This document shows, piece by piece, positions 47,633 to 61,367 of a DNA stretch of 64,000 nt. Within the stretch, counting starts at the first letter, position 1. Each line of letters opens with the position of its first letter. This DNA is from Squalus acanthias (taxonomy: Eukaryota). The notes under the pieces are model-generated. The model was not told the DNA's origin. It worked only from the letters and a program-made list of their open reading frames with translations, and searched no databases. The translations under genes were made by a program, and so were the position numbers. The DNA is taken from the NCBI GenBank assembly GCA_030390025.1, contig CM059432.1:89282001-89346000 (forward strand), in the 5' to 3' direction.

Positions 47633-48625
47633 ACAACAACTTGCATTTATATAGTGCCTTTGAAGTAGCAAAACATCCCAAGGCGCTTCACAGGAACAAT
47701 CATCAGACCAAAATTTCACACCGAGCCACATAAGGAGATATTAGGACAGATGACCAAAAACTTGGACATGAAGGGGGAAAAATTGGGTAGATTTGCACGG
47801 GGCGCAAATCCCCTAGTGCCCGGGCGTGGCGCCGCTAACGCCTCCCATGGAATTCAGCAGGAGGTTAGTGGCAGTGGTAGCTGGTAGCGCCCCGTGGCGC
47901 TGCACTTCTGGCAATGATGTCATCGCCGTGTGCAGCGCCCTGCTGCGCCCCGGCCGCAAACTTCGCTTGCGCCCCCTGACCTATCGCCGGACGTAATGTC
48001 CGACAATATCAGGGGGCGTTTTTGCAGCGGCGGCAGCACTAGTAAAAGGGGCAGGTGTCGGGCGGCCATTTTTTTTTTGACTGACTGCCAGCACCTGCCC
48101 CCTTCCCCTTTTTTTCTCGGGGTGCCGGCCACTAATCACTCAGCCCGGCACTCTTCTTGAGTGCCATGGGGCCATTGCACGTAGCGCCGCGATCTTCAGT
48201 TGTAGCGCCCCAGGAAGGAGGTGGAGCACTTCCAGTGGTGCTCCACCTCCTGCTTGGGGTGCTACTAATGAATATCCGGCGGAGGGGCGCTAACTTTTTC
48301 GTGCAGCTAAATTTAGCGACCTGGCGACATTTGCACCCCAAAAGGGGCGCTACCCAATTCCTCCCCCCCCCCGAAGCGTCTTAAAGGAGGAAAGAGAGGT
48401 AGAGAGGCAGAGAGGTTTAGGGAGGGAATTCCAGAGTTTAGGGCCTTAGCAGCTGAAGGCACAGCCACCAATGGTGGAGCAATTAAAATCGGGGATGCAT
48501 AAGAGGCCAGAATTGGAGGAGCACAGAAATCGCGAAGGCTTGTAGGGCTGGAGGAGGTTACAGAGATTGGAGGGGCAAGGACATGGAGGGATTTGAAAAT
48601 AAGGATGTGAATTTTAAAATTGAGG
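47633..48625 (-). mobile_element. L2 3' end interrupted by a MITE
   Basis: Reverse complement of the L2 tail seen at 1290-2838. FKIHILIFKSLH coding remnant. Confidence 0.8.
47773..48372. mobile_element. Harbinger-type MITE, TSD GAA
   Basis: GGGGGAAAAATTGGGTAG / CTACCCAATTCCTCCCCC termini, with GAA on both flanks. Confidence 0.85.
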
Positions 48626-48820
48626 CATTGGACATAGACAGACCGGTGAAATGGGCAAACACACGGCAGATGAAATTTAAAGCAGAGAAGTATGAAGTGA
48701 TTAATTTTGATAGGGAGAATGAGCAGAGGCAATATAAACCAAATGATACAATTTTAAAGGAGGGTTGAGGGGGCAGGAACAGAGCACCCTAGGGTGCACG
48801 TACACAAGTTTTTGATGGTA

Positions 48821-51138
48821 CATAAGAACATAAGAAATAGGAGCAGGAGTAGGCCATTCAGCCCCTCGAGCCTGCTCCGCCATTCAATAAGATCATGGCT
48901 GATCTGATCTTGGCCTCAACTCCACTTTCCTGCACGCTGCCCATAACCCTTGATTCCCCTGTTTTTCAAAAATCTGTCTATCTCCGCCTTGAATATATTC
49001 AATGACTTAGCCTCCACAGCTCTCTGGGGTAGAGAATTCCAAAGATTCACGACCCTCTGAGAGAAGAAATTCCTCCTCATCTCCGTTTTAAATGGGCGAC
49101 CCCTTATTCTGAAACTATGTCCCCTAGTTCTAGATTCCCCCACAAGGGGAAACATCCTCCCTGCATCTACCCTGTCAAGCCCCCTCAGAATCTTAAATGT
49201 TTCAATAAGATCACCTCTCATTCTTCTAAACTCCAATGAGTATAGGCCCAACCTGCTCAACCTTTCCTTATAAGACAACCCCTTCAACTCAGGAATCAAC
49301 CTAGTGAACCTTCTCTGAACTGCCTCCAATGCAAGTATATCCTTCCTTAAATAAGGAGACCAAAACTGTATGCAGTACTCCAGGTGTGGTCTCACCAACG
49401 CCCTGTACAGTTGTAGCAAGACTTCCCTACTTTTATACTCCATCCCCCTTGCAATAAAGGTCAATATTCCACTTGCCTTCCTAATTACTTGCTGTACCTG
49501 CATGCTAACTTTTTGTGTTTCATGTACGAGGACATCCAGATCCCTCTGTACTCTGTAGTCTCTCTCCATTTAAATTATATTTTGCTTTTTTATTCTTCCT
49601 ACCAAAGTGGATAACCTCACATTTTCCCACATTATACTCCATCTACCAAATTTTTGCCCACTCACTTAACCTATCTATATCCCTTTGCAGACTCTTTGTG
49701 TATTCCTCACAAATTGCTTTCCCATCTATCTTTGTATTGTCAGCAAATTTGGCAACAGTACACACGGTCCCTTCATCCAAGCCATTAATATAGATTGTAA
49801 ATAGTTGAGGCCCCAGCACTGATCCCTGTGGCACTCCACTAGTTACAGTTTGCCAACCTGAAAATGACCCATTTATTACAACTTTCTGTTTTCTGTTAGT
49901 TAGCCAATCCTCTATCCAGTCTAATATATTACCCCCAACACCGTGAGCTCTTATCTTGTGCAGTAACCTTTTATGCGGCACCTTATCGAATGCCTTCTGG
50001 AAATCCAAATAAACTACATCTACTGGTTCCAATTTATCCTCAAAGAACTCTAGTAAATTTGTCAAACACGATTTCCCTTTCATAAAACCATGTTGACTCT
50101 GCTTGATTGCATTATGATTTTCTAAATGTCCTGCTATTACTTCCTTAATAATGGATTCCAGCATTTTCCCAATGACAGGTGTTAGGCTAACTGGCCTATA
50201 GTTTCCTGCTTTCTGTCTCCCTCCTTTCTTGAATAGGGGAGTTACATTTGCGGTTTTCCAATCCGCTGGGATCTCTCCAGAATCCAGGGAATTTTGGTAG
50301 ATTACAACCAATGCATCCACTATCTCTGCAGCCACTTCTTTTAAAACCCTTTAAAAAGGATGCAGGCCATCAGGTCCAGGGGACTTGTCAGCCTTTAGTT
50401 CCATTAGTTTGCCTAGTACTTTTTCTCTACTGATGGTGATTGTTTTAAGTTCCTCCCTCCCTATAACCCCTTGATTATCAATTATTATTGGAATGCTTTT
50501 AGTGTCTTCTACCATGAAGACTGATACAAAATATTTGTTCAAGGTCTCTATCATTTCCCTGTTTCCCATTATTAATTCCCCAGTCTCATCCTCTAAGGGA
50601 CCAACGTTTACTTTAGCTACTCTCTTCCTTTTTATATACCTGTAGAAGCTCTTACTGTCTGTTTTTATATTTTTAGCTAGTTTGCTCTCATAATTTATCT
50701 TCTCCCTCATTATTATTTTTTTAGTCATCCTTTGCTGGTTTCTAAAAATGTCCCAATCCTCTGGCCTACCACTAATCTTTGCAACATTGTATGCCTTTTC
50801 TTCAATTTGATACCATCCTTAACTTCCTTAATTAGCCACAGATGGTTCATCCTTCTTGTACAGTCTTTCTTTCTCACTGGATAAACCTTTGCTGAGAGTT
50901 ATGAAATATCTCCTTAAATGTCTGCCACTGCTTATCTACCGTCTTACACTTTAATCTATTTTCCCAGTCCACTTTAGCCAACTCTGTTTTCATACCTTTG
51001 TAATTGCCTTTATTTAAGTTTAGGACACTAGTTTCAGACACAAGTTTCTCACCCTCAAACAGAATTTGAAACGCATTCATGCTATGATCACTCTTCCCTA
51101 GAGGATCCTTTGCAATGAGATCATTAATTAATCCTGTC
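48821..51138 (-). mobile_element. 5'-truncated CR1 LINE, 6-bp TSD ATGGTA
   Basis: Frameshifted ORF2 pieces from 48916 to 51138. ATGGTA lies at 48815-48820 and 51139-51144. Confidence 0.93.
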
Positions 51139-51212
51139 ATGGTAGTAGGACAAGTTGATTTAAGGCTAGTAAGAAGGCATGCGGGATCCTTGGCTTTATA
51201 TATAGAGGCTAC

Positions 51213-52058
51213 GGGTGCGATCTTGCCAGCCCTGGGGAGGTGAGTATGGAGGCGGGACTGCTGGGAAGATGGCAGAATCTGGGGGCGGGTGCCCATCCTG
51301 CCCCCAACCCGCCTCCATGCCATCTTGCCAGGAGGCAGGTAGCTGACCCACGCCGGGTCCCGTATCCTTGGAGTCAGGAAGGGCATTACAGCCACTTGAC
51401 TGCCTGTCAACAGGTAGTTAACAGGCAGATAAGAGGATTATCCCCATTTTACCCACACAAGCGTGGGCTTCCCAAAGGCTCCGAAACCCGCCAGGGTCAC
51501 CGAGGCGAGTAGTGGGTCTGCGGGGGTCAGCGGGGTGCAAAAGTGCGCTGTGAAGGTAAGTGATGGGTGCAAGTGTGGAGAGGTGAGAATGTGAGGTAAG
51601 TGGAAAGTGTTAGAAAAAGTTTACTTACCTTTGTTTCTTCCTGCAGGCTTCAATTGTTGGGGATGTAGAGAGTCTCGCATCTCCGCGGCAGAGATGACAG
51701 ATGGCTGATGCATTCTCCAATGCAACAACTATCTAATTTCTGCTGAAGAAAGAGGTTTGATGAGTCTTGAATTCAAGAACTCATCAAACTACAGAGAATG
51801 TCAGTGTTTGACAGCTTCCCAGAGCTGTTAAATGATGACAATTCATCTGTCAAAATTTTTTGACAGATGAAACATCATACGCTGACGTTCTCTGTAACCG
51901 GCTTCCCCTTAATTGGCCTGCTAAACCCGCTGGGCGGACTTAACAAGGTCAATCAAGAGAAAATAGCGTGGGTTGGCCAGAAGTTGATGGAAGCGGGACT
52001 AAAACCCGGCAAGTGGGAGTCCTGCCTCCAAAAGCTCCCCATTGGCAAAATCCAGCCC
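51213..52058. mobile_element. Harbinger-type MITE (same family as 34513-35331, inverted)
   Basis: GGGTGCGATCTTGCCA / TGGCAAAATCCAGCCC termini. Shared internal palindrome catctgtcaaaa-ttttgacagatg. Confidence 0.88.
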
Positions 52059-53345
52059 ATAGAGTACAAAAGCTCAACCTTTATAAAACACTGGTTAGGC
52101 CCCAGCCGGAGTCTTGTGGCCAATTCTGAGCACCACACTTGAGGAAGGATGTCAAGGCCTTCGAGAGGGTGCAGAGGAGATTTACGAGAATAGTACCAGG
52201 AACAAAAGGCTTCAGTTACATGAAGAGACTGGAGAAACTGGGGTTGTTCTACTTAGAGCAGAGAAGGTTAAGGGGAGATTTGCTAGAGGTGCTCAAAATC
52301 TTGAAGGGTTTTAATAGATTAAATAAGGAGAAACTGTTTCCAGTGGCAGAAGGTTCAGTAACCAGAGGACACAGATTTAAGAATATTGGCAAAAGAACCA
52401 GAGGCGACATGAGGAAAACATTAGATACGCAGCTAGTTGTTATGATCTGGAATGCACTGCCTGAAAGGGTGGTGAAAGCAGATTCAGTAATAACTATCAA
52501 AAGGGAATTGGATAAATATTTGAAAATGGTATAATTTGCTAGGCTATGGGGGAAAGAGCAGGATTGTGGGACTAATTGGAAAACTCTTTCAAAGAGCCGG
52601 CACAGGCACAAATGGGCTGAATGGCCTCCTTCTGTGCGGTATCATTCTATGATTCTACTGTATTGGCTTGGACTGCAACTGAATTGAGGTCTCAAAAGTG
52701 AAGTGGCAGCAGTCTCCAGCTGAAATGTTTACTTCCTACTCAATGTCAGTCAGTAGATTCATCAAAACATTTCCAACTGCTTTTGTGTCTTTGTTTATTC
52801 CATTATTTATACTAATCTAAGCTGACTCAGCATGAATGTACATTTAATTTTAATTTATCAATATACACCTGAATGTATCGTAAATATTTTAAGGCAATCG
52901 TAAATCCATGCTGTTTTTTTGCTTGTTGGCTGGTTGGTTACAAGAAAATTGGTTATAATCATCCCCCATGCAAATGGCAGTGAATTTATTGTATTGCAGG
53001 TGGAATTATTACTGCCCATCAAATACATATGCGAGCAGGAAAATTAAGTTTAATGGGACTAATTTGCTATCCCAGCAAAATGGCTGGCAGGACTGCTGGG
53101 AATGTGAGCAGGATCAGCTGGTGGTGAGAAGACCGGCAGTGCCAGATTTTATCGGGTCATCTCATCCCACTCATTTTAATAAACTCCTCTGAGAGTCCAA
53201 CGAGTATTGGGAGCATTATAATTGGCATGGGGCAGGAAATTTCATTTCAATAGGGGCACCATTTTGTGGCCAAAAGCATTGCAGCAAACATAAAGATACA
53301 GAAGGTGGAAGAAATATGGGGACAACATCACCATTTGAAGACAAA

Positions 53346-54201
53346 GGCCACGATTTTGTGATCGGTGTCGGGATGGGTGCAGGACAGCTGGTTTCCGGGT
53401 TCCGGTCCTGCCTTCAGCTGCCTTCACTCCACAAACGTGATTTTCCCTTGATTGACCTTGTTAAGACCGCCCTGCGGGCTTACCGACAATTAACAGGAAG
53501 CGGGTCTGATGACGTCATTTGATGATGCGTCATGATCCTTAAAGGGACCATACACAATTTTATTTTGACAGTTGATTTCTCAGTGTTTGACAGCATTGAG
53601 GTGCTGAAAACACTGACAATCACTGCTTCAAAGGTGAACGCTTGCACTCAGGCTCTCCAATGACTCCCTCCATATGCTAGAATAGATGGCAGCTACAGGT
53701 GAGGTGACAGACGCGATCTGTCACTGGTGAGAGAGGTTCTCCCATTGAGGTGGCACTGGACATATAGTTGGATTTAAAAACTTGTAAGCTAAAAAAATCT
53801 GTGTATGTTTTAAAAATGCAGTAACCAACATTTTCTTTGCTCTGAACCTCACCATGTGCATCCTTCACACCACTTCTGCAGCTGTCATCTTTTCACAAAC
53901 ATTACACCAGACTCACAACACGCTACACTTACCTGGCGTGGTGTCCGGACGTCGGGAAACCTGACCCAGAAGTGGGAAAATCCAAAAACAGGCTAAAAAC
54001 TACTGACAAGTACCTGTTAATAGGCAGGTAATTGCTTATATCTGTTTCCTGCCGCTAGGAGTCGGGTCCATTTGCAAATCGGGGACCCGACACTTGGGAA
54101 GGTTGTGTGGAGGCGGGTTGACGGCGGGTTCGGGACCCGCCGTCAATCAATAGCACTTTAACCTCTGACCCGCCTCTCTGAGCACCGGCAAAATCGCGGC
54201 C
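53346..54201. mobile_element. Harbinger-type MITE, TSD AAA
   Basis: GGCCACGATTTTG / CAAAATCGCGGCC termini, with AAA on both sides. Confidence 0.82.
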
Positions 54202-54236
54202 AAAGCTTCAGAAGGCTCATCAAAGAAAGCTGCAGA

Positions 54237-56145
54237 TCATAGAATCATAGAAATTTATGGTACAGAAGGAGGCCATTCGGCCCATCATGTCTGTGCCGGC
54301 CGAAAAAGAGCTATCCAGCTTAATCCCACTTTCCAGCTCTTGGTCCGTAGCCCTGTAGGTTACTGCACTTCAAGTGCATATCCAAGTACTTTTTAAATGT
54401 GATGTGGGTTTCTGCCTCTACCACTCTTTCAGGCAGTGAGTTCCAGACCATCACCACACTCAGAGTGAAAAAAGTTCTCCTGAACTCTCCTGTAATCCTT
54501 CTACAAATTACTTTAAATCTATGCCCCCTGGTTATTGACCTCTCTGTAAGGTTTCCAAAATTTGCAGATCCCCAAAACCTAAGGAAAAAGGACTTTGGAA
54601 CTACCTCAGAGTGATAAAAATGCATTTGGGCCTAACATAAGGAATTTAAGACCAAAGACCAAGTTTTGGCGTTTTAAAAACATGTCTGGGCCTGTCAAGG
54701 GAAAAAAGGCTGTGAAGGAAGTTGGGTTCGACCTCTGTAAAAGTAGTTTTGGGTATTGCAGTTAATTGCAATGTCTAGGGAATCGGGATGATGTCACTCA
54801 AAGCTCCAGCAAGCATTAACATTTTGACAATAGACCCTGGGAGAAGACAGTCCCACCCAAAATAACAGGCCCCATCAAACTGTTTACAGAACCCATTAAA
54901 GACATGCATAAAGCAAATATTATATAGAAGTCCTAGGCCCAGTCAAGAAACCCAAAACATGAGGACAATTCAAACTCCGATTAAACAACAGATTGACAGG
55001 ATGGAGCTATCCTGAAACCACTTCACACATTTACAAAACCAGTTAACACGCTAGTAAAGTCGTTACTGTTAACGAGGCCTTACAATGACCGGGATTTGAT
55101 TTGGTTTTGATAAGGCCACTTCAATTTAGTATAATTGAAGGCCCATCAAGCAGTTCAACAGAAAGCAGTAACAACAGTTCAAGTTCGAGTTCTCCAGCAA
55201 AGAGTTCAACAAGCAGGCAGAAGGCAGTTTCCACAATTCTGCAAGAAGGCAGTTCCACAGCTTGGAAGAAGACAGTTTAAACAGAGGCAGAGTTCAACAG
55301 AAAGAAGTTCAACAAAGAAGGCCAACAGCTCCAGAAGTAGGCCGACACGCAAGAAGAGACCAGAGCCACCGCCTCAGTGACCATCGGACACCTCGCGGCA
55401 ACAAGGGCCTTACAAAACTTTTTACTCAAAAGACTCTAAACCCTAACTCTCAACTGTCAAGGATTCGTTTGGTGAGCATTATCCCTGGTTCTCCAGAGTC
55501 CAACCTAGCTAGTGAAGTGGGATTGGGAGGGGTGAAGTATTCTTCCAATGTTATTTCCCTCGCTTGTACCAAAGTGTTCCCCACCTTTAGAGTGTTAAGA
55601 GTGTTTGTGTTGTGTTTTACTTTCTTGAATAAAGATCGAAGTTCTTTCATCAAACTCAGTTGTCTGCTGCACCTTTTGTATCACAACCCCCAAATAAGTC
55701 CAAGGTCTAGAACCAAGGGAGTGGAAGCGATTCAAACCGCTCAGAAGTCAGAGGCAAAGCTGACACAAAAACACCACCCCCTACATCTCTGCTAAGGGAA
55801 ATAGGTCCTTACTATCCACTCTATCTAGGCCTCTCATAATTTTGTACACCTCAATTAAGTCTCCCCTCAGCCTCCTCTGTTCCAAAGAAAACAACCCCAG
55901 CCTATCCAATCTTTTCTCATAGCTAAAATTCTTTAGTCCTGGCAACATCCTCGTAAATCTCCTCTGCACCCTCTCTAGTGCAATCACATCTTTCCTGTAA
56001 TGTGGTGACCAGAACTGTACACAGTACTCTAGCTGTGGCTTAATTAGTGTTTTATACAGTTCAAGCATAACCTCCCTGCTCTTATATTCTATGCCTTGGC
56101 TAATAAAGGAATGTATCCCATGTGCCTTCTTAACCATCTTAAACC
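54237..56145 (-). mobile_element. CR1 3' fragment split by a solo LTR
   Basis: ORFs 55781-56137 and 54320-54545 rejoin across the insert. Confidence 0.9.
54545..55785 (+). mobile_element. Solo LTR (family B), 4-bp TSD TCTC
   Basis: TGTAAGG...CCCTACA termini, with TCTC at 54541-54544 and 55786-55789. TATAA near 55130 and AATAAA near 55629. Confidence 0.88.
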
Positions 56146-56754
56146 AACTGTCCTGCTGCCTTCAGGAACAGCTTTGGAACAGCTTCTTGTAAAATTAGAC
56201 GTGCAAAATTCCAGGTTGGAAATGGCGAATAGAATCAGCACAGGCACAAAGGACTTGGGGGAAAAACTATGGGAAAAGTTTGCAGGCATCAGGAGGAGTA
56301 CAAAGTTAAACAACCCAAATTTGGCAACTAATAATATTGGGCCTTAGCATGCAAGTACAAAAATTACTTCTAATTTGGTGCACTGTCAGAGAGGTAGGAT
56401 GCAAAGCATGGAGACAACCTTGCAACTTTTTCACATATACTTCCATGTCCATATTACTGCAGGGCTTGCACTGTCTTGTAAGTTGTACCCTGACCATCAC
56501 TGCCACCAGAAACTACAAACATGCTGCATTATCATAGACTTTCACACAGCGGATATAGGATAGACACAGGGTAGCTGTCTCACTGTTCCCCCAAAGTCTA
56601 GCATCTGTATGCTTTCAGGACAAGACAATGCATAATTATTAAGAGATGGTCAACTCCATCCCATAAGACCCTCATTGAAGAACAGCAGCCTGCCACCACT
56701 CTTGCTCTTCCTACTAAGCTAGTGCTTAGACATAGCACAGATTAGATTCTAATC

Positions 56755-56990
56755 ACAAGATAAATAAGGATGAGGAAGCCCATTTGGCGCATCTTAGCTC
56801 ATCCATTCACAACGACCATACAGTTCTCTGCACCCTGCCGCCAACCCACCCCTCTCACTCCCCTCCTAGTCAGGGCATCCAATTATTTCTTAAATAATTC
56901 CAGGATCCTTGCCTTCACTACTCTACCCAGATGTTCTGCCATATGTTGATCATTCTTAATGTTAAGAACTTTCTGACATTAGTCCAAAAT
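56755..56990 (-). mobile_element. Old CR1-type 3' tail fragment
   Basis: taaggatgaggaagcccatttggc...; similar to 22930-23000. Confidence 0.45.
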
Positions 56991-57838
56991 GTTATTAGTA
57001 CTGTTTATCTCAGGGAATGTATTTGTTTTTGAGCTTTTTAGCCTGTCTAGGACTTCCAGCTCATTACTATTGAATGGCACACACTATACAGGCTCACCAA
57101 GAGCAAGCACTGGGATTATCATCATTAGCTGCCATTCACTTTTCATTTGTAGGTAAATAACATTTATTTCACTTTATTTCAAATTTGTGCAGAGTTTCTT
57201 TGAGAAGAGACTTATTAAGGTCACAGAAGATAGAAGGATGAGCAAGCTTGGTACTTAAACTAAAATAGGTGAGAATGGATGGCTCGTTGTTAATGAGCCA
57301 CTGTACATTGACAAATTGAAAAGGACTGATTGTTGCAGGGATTAGTGACTTAATTGAAAGTTATCTATTAGTGACTGGTGTACCATTCTTCTTGGTTGAA
57401 AATCTCCTTCCTCCATTTCTTGTTCTTTTTTTCAGTCTGGGTCTTCTTTTCATCCTGTTGCATGATTATCCTTCAGCCTGCCTCCCCCTTTCATGATATC
57501 ACTTTTGGGGGACAGGACTGTCAGGCTACAGGGGTCCCCAGAAACCTTGCCAGTTTCACCTACTATACAGTTAGCTATAAGCATGTCTGCATGAAGCAAG
57601 CGTATTTGTCAAACCCCACAATATCCTATCCAAAAAGAGAAATCAACTGCTATTTGGTTGTGCTCAACCCAGCAAGAGTGCAGAATTGGAGAACTAAATA
57701 TGAAAGTCAAAGGGCATTTTGTTCATTGCCTGGTTAAATGGAGATTTTAAGAAGAAAATAATTATTTTAAGAGATGATTTTCTTTTTACCGGTATTGGCT
57801 TTGATTGGATGCATTTTAGTGCAATTTGAGCTAATAAA

Positions 57839-58594
57839 GGCCCAGAAATTCCGTTCGCAGCCCTCCCACGGGCGGAGGGCTGCAATTTGGAAAAATCTGC
57901 GCCTGGACCGGAGGGCTCCCGGGAGGCGCAGAATTCCGTTGCTGTGCCTCTTCGAACTGCCGGTGTGCAGGGCATGCGTATCCCAGGGGCGCAGGTAGTT
58001 CGCAGCGTCCCTGGGATCACGTGGGCCATGGGGAGCCAATCAGAGCAGGGAATCTCCATTCATAGATTTGACAGGAAGACCTGTCAAATCTATGAATAGA
58101 GATCAGCCCCAAAACATAAGTAAAACTTCAAATATATATTTTTTTAAATCACATTTTTAAAATGACTATAAATTACATAAATTAACTATTTTAAACAAAA
58201 ATTTAAATTTTTGAAAAAAATAATTAAAGTTTTTAACGGGGCTAAAAATAAACTTACCTTTCTTTAAAGTATTTTAGAATGATAAATCAGTGGAAAAATT
58301 ATTATTTTTTTTTAACTTTCTTCAACTATTAGCCTGGTAAAAGCAAGCCTTGCACCTGCTTTTCCAGGCGCAGCTGTTTCCGACTTACCTGGACTGAAGC
58401 AACTGTGAAAAAAACGGAAGTTTCTGCCGTACGCGCTGCCTATCCGGCGCAGGCGTTTGATCTGTCAAGCCCTTTCTTCACAGAACGGAAGTTCCGGTTT
58501 CCAGCGCACAGCATGCGTAAAACCGGCACTTCCGTTGGTCCTACGGGTGAGTACACAGCGCGTACACACCCGTAGGGAACGGAATTTCTAGGCC
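57839..58594. mobile_element. Harbinger-type MITE (AT-rich-core family)
   Basis: 17-bp TIR GGCCCAGAAATTCCGTT / AACGGAATTTCTAGGCC (1 mismatch). Core homologous to 37669-38411. Confidence 0.88.
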
Positions 58595-58664
58595 ATTCTG
58601 TTTTCTGCTTATGGATGCTTCAAATACTTTCTGACACCCTACAGACACCTTCCCATGCATTATA

Positions 58665-60300
58665 ACAACAACAATAACTTTTCCCAAGGGCTTCATGGAG
58701 GCATTGGGAAAAACAACCATATAGCCAAAGAAAGATATTTAGGAGGGTTGACCAAAGACCAACTCAAAGAGCTGGGCTTTAAGGTGGATCTTAAAGGAGA
58801 GGAGGGAGGTGGAGAGGCATAGGGGTTCGGGAGGGAATTTGAGAGTGGGACCTAGCTGACTGAAAATCATGCCCGCAGATGGTGGACTGAAAGGAGTGGT
58901 GATTACACAAGAGGATGGAACCAATGGAGCAGAGAGATTGGTGAGGGGGAAACCATGAAGAAAAAATAAGAATTATAAATTTAAGACATTACGTGGCGAG
59001 AGCCAATGCAAATTAGCAAGGACAGGGATAATAGGTGAACTGAACTTGGTGAGGGTTAGGATACGAGCAGCAAAGTTTTCAATCAGCTGCAGTTTGTGGA
59101 AGGAGGGGGATGGGAGACTAGCAAGGAAAGCATCGGTGTATTCAAGTGTGGCATTAACGAAAGCATGAATATGGGTTTCAGCAGTGCAAGGGCTGAGGTA
59201 TGGGCAAAGGCGGGCAATGTTACAGAGGTGCAAGTAGGTGGTCTTTGTAATGGAGAGAATATGAGAATGGAAACTCAGTTTGGAGTCAAACAGAACTCTG
59301 AGATGCAAACAGTCTGATTAAGGCTAGAAAGTTTGATGGAGTTAGTAGTGAGGTAGTGGACTCTATGGTGAGGGCCAAAAATGATGACTTCAGTCTTCCT
59401 ATTGTTTAGCTGGTGTAAGTTAAAGGAAGATTCACAAATTCAGGGTGCTCCAAAGTGCTTAAGTGCCATTAAATTACTTTGAAGTGTAGTCACATTTGTT
59501 GTGTAGGCATAAGCGGCAGCCAAGTTTCACACAGCAAGGTCCCACAAACAGCAATGAGATAAGTGACTAGTTAAGCTGTTTTGCTGGTGTTTGTTGTGGG
59601 ATAAATGTTCACTAGGGTACCAAGAGATTTCCCCTGCTCTTCTTTGAATAGTACCATGGGATCTTTTATATCCACCTGAACAGGTAGATGGAGCCTCGGT
59701 TTAATGTCTTATCTAAAAGGCGCCTCCAACACTGCGGATTCCCTCAGTACTGCACTGAAGTGTCGGCCTAGATTATCTCTCCAACGATCATCCAAGACTG
59801 AATGTCAGACAAGCAGTCTGACAGCACAGAGGCAGTTGAGGGATTGAAAGAGGTGGTGAAGATGCACAGCTGGTTGCCATTGCATATATATGGAAGCTGG
59901 TCTGGTGCCAGTTGATGATGTCACCATGGAGCAGCATATAGATGAGGAAGACAAGGGGGCCAAGAATGGATACTTCAGGTACTCCAGAAGTGACAGTGCA
60001 GGGATAATAAGAGACGTTATTGCTAGAGATGCTTTGGCTATGTTCGGATATGTAAGAGTGGAACCAAAAGAGGACAGTCCCACTAAGCTGTAATTTGGAG
60101 GTGTTAGAGAAGGATAGTGTAGTCAACTATGCCATAAGCTGCAGAGAGGTTGAGGAGGAGGCACAATCATAGAGAATGTAATTCTTGACTTTGATGCTGT
60201 AGGAAGCCTGAAAACCAGATTGGAGGGATTCGCACAGGGAGTGGTGGGAGAGGTGGGCACAAGCTTGAAAGCAACAATATATTCAAGGACCTCAGAGAAG
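58665..60300 (-). mobile_element. Old L2 LINE (RT C-terminus and tail), interrupted by a SINE
   Basis: LRVLFDSKLSFHSHILSITKTTYLHLCNIARLCPYL, WFHSY and TSGVPEVSILGPLVFLIYM. Confidence 0.85.
59440..59785 (-). mobile_element. Deu-domain SINE fragment
   Basis: Homologous to 6462-6752 and extends to ccctcagtactgcactgaagtgtcggcctagatt. Confidence 0.7.
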
Positions 60301-60379
60301 AAATACACGGAATTTACAACACAGAAAAAGGCCATTCGGTCCAAACAGTTCATGACAATACCCTCCATGAGAGCAAATA

Positions 60380-61181
60380 TAGTAAAACGTCACTATAATG
60401 AACGCTGCTTATAACGAACCCCCAGTTTTAGTGATTTTAGCAAGGTGCAATTTCATTCCAATGGAAATCAGCCCTACTACAATGAACACATAAGGAGGAT
60501 CTACCTGGATCAACCAGGATACAACGGTGGAATCCACGCTGAGCCTAATTGAAAGATAATCTATTGTAGTGTGAATCCCGCATGACGTATGCATTGGTTG
60601 GCTGATAAGACGGCTCGCCATCTGCATGCAAACTGTAATGAGGCAACGGGAGTGCGTAGGCCAGAGCTACCAGGCAACATGTGTGAAGATGGCGAGTAAA
60701 AGATCATCTTTGCCTCTGAAAGCAAATCTTCAAATCATCGATGACCTGGACCATAAAAGAAAATCGCAAACCACAATCTGCAATTAACTCGGCTTAGCAA
60801 AGAGTAATGTTGCAACCGTGTGGGCCAACAGAGGAAAAATCAAGTCTATTATAGTCAAAGGTGAAACACCAATCCAAAAGAAATATTAAATCTGTACTGC
60901 GAGTCATGAAGATCTTGATGAAGCAGTCATTACCTGGAATTGAGGATCTTTTTGAACTGGTTAACAAGATGGAAACAGTGTGCATTGAGAAAAGCATGAA
61001 TAAGATGGAGCAATCTATGCTGTATAGTTTTTTTTAACAGAATAAAATTATGTTCAATTCCAATTGGTTATTTCTTCATTTTTCTGATGCAGCAAATTGG
61101 CAAACCTTACTATAGTGAACACCATGAGATAACGATCTTTTCTGCCAGTCCCGAGAGGTTCGTTATAGTGAAGTTCAACTG
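60380..61181 (+). mobile_element. Non-autonomous Tigger/pogo-like DNA transposon, TA TSD
   Basis: TIR (T)AGTAAAACGTCACTATAATGAAC / GTTCGTTATAGTGAAGTTCAACTG with TA flanks. From 60688 it reads MASKRSSLPLKANLQIIDDLD...LGLAKSNVATVWANRGKI (CENP-B-type HTH remnant). Confidence 0.85.
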
Positions 61182-61367
61182 TAGTCCAAATCACATTTAC
61201 CTGCCCTGCTCCCATATCACTTTATTCCTATTTTTTCACCACCTATCCAATCTAATCTTAAATGTTGACATAGTTTCTGCATCAACCAATAACCCTGGAA
61301 GTGAATTCCACAGCCTCACATCTCTTTGTGTAGAGAAGTTTCTCCTGCCCTCTGTTCTAAACCTCTG

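Larger units (their letters stand above)
48630..52660 (+). mobile_element. Older CR1 3' fragment (48630-48820, 51139-51212, 52059-52660), split by a younger CR1 and a MITE
   Basis: The ORF2 C-terminal coding pieces are colinear. ORF 52139-52534 is followed by the tail. Confidence 0.8.

Noticed and set aside
55135..55795. Q/R-rich ORFs and repeats resembling a gene or CRISPR array
   Set aside because: They lie inside a solo LTR, the repeats have no unique spacers, and the context is eukaryotic with no cas genes.
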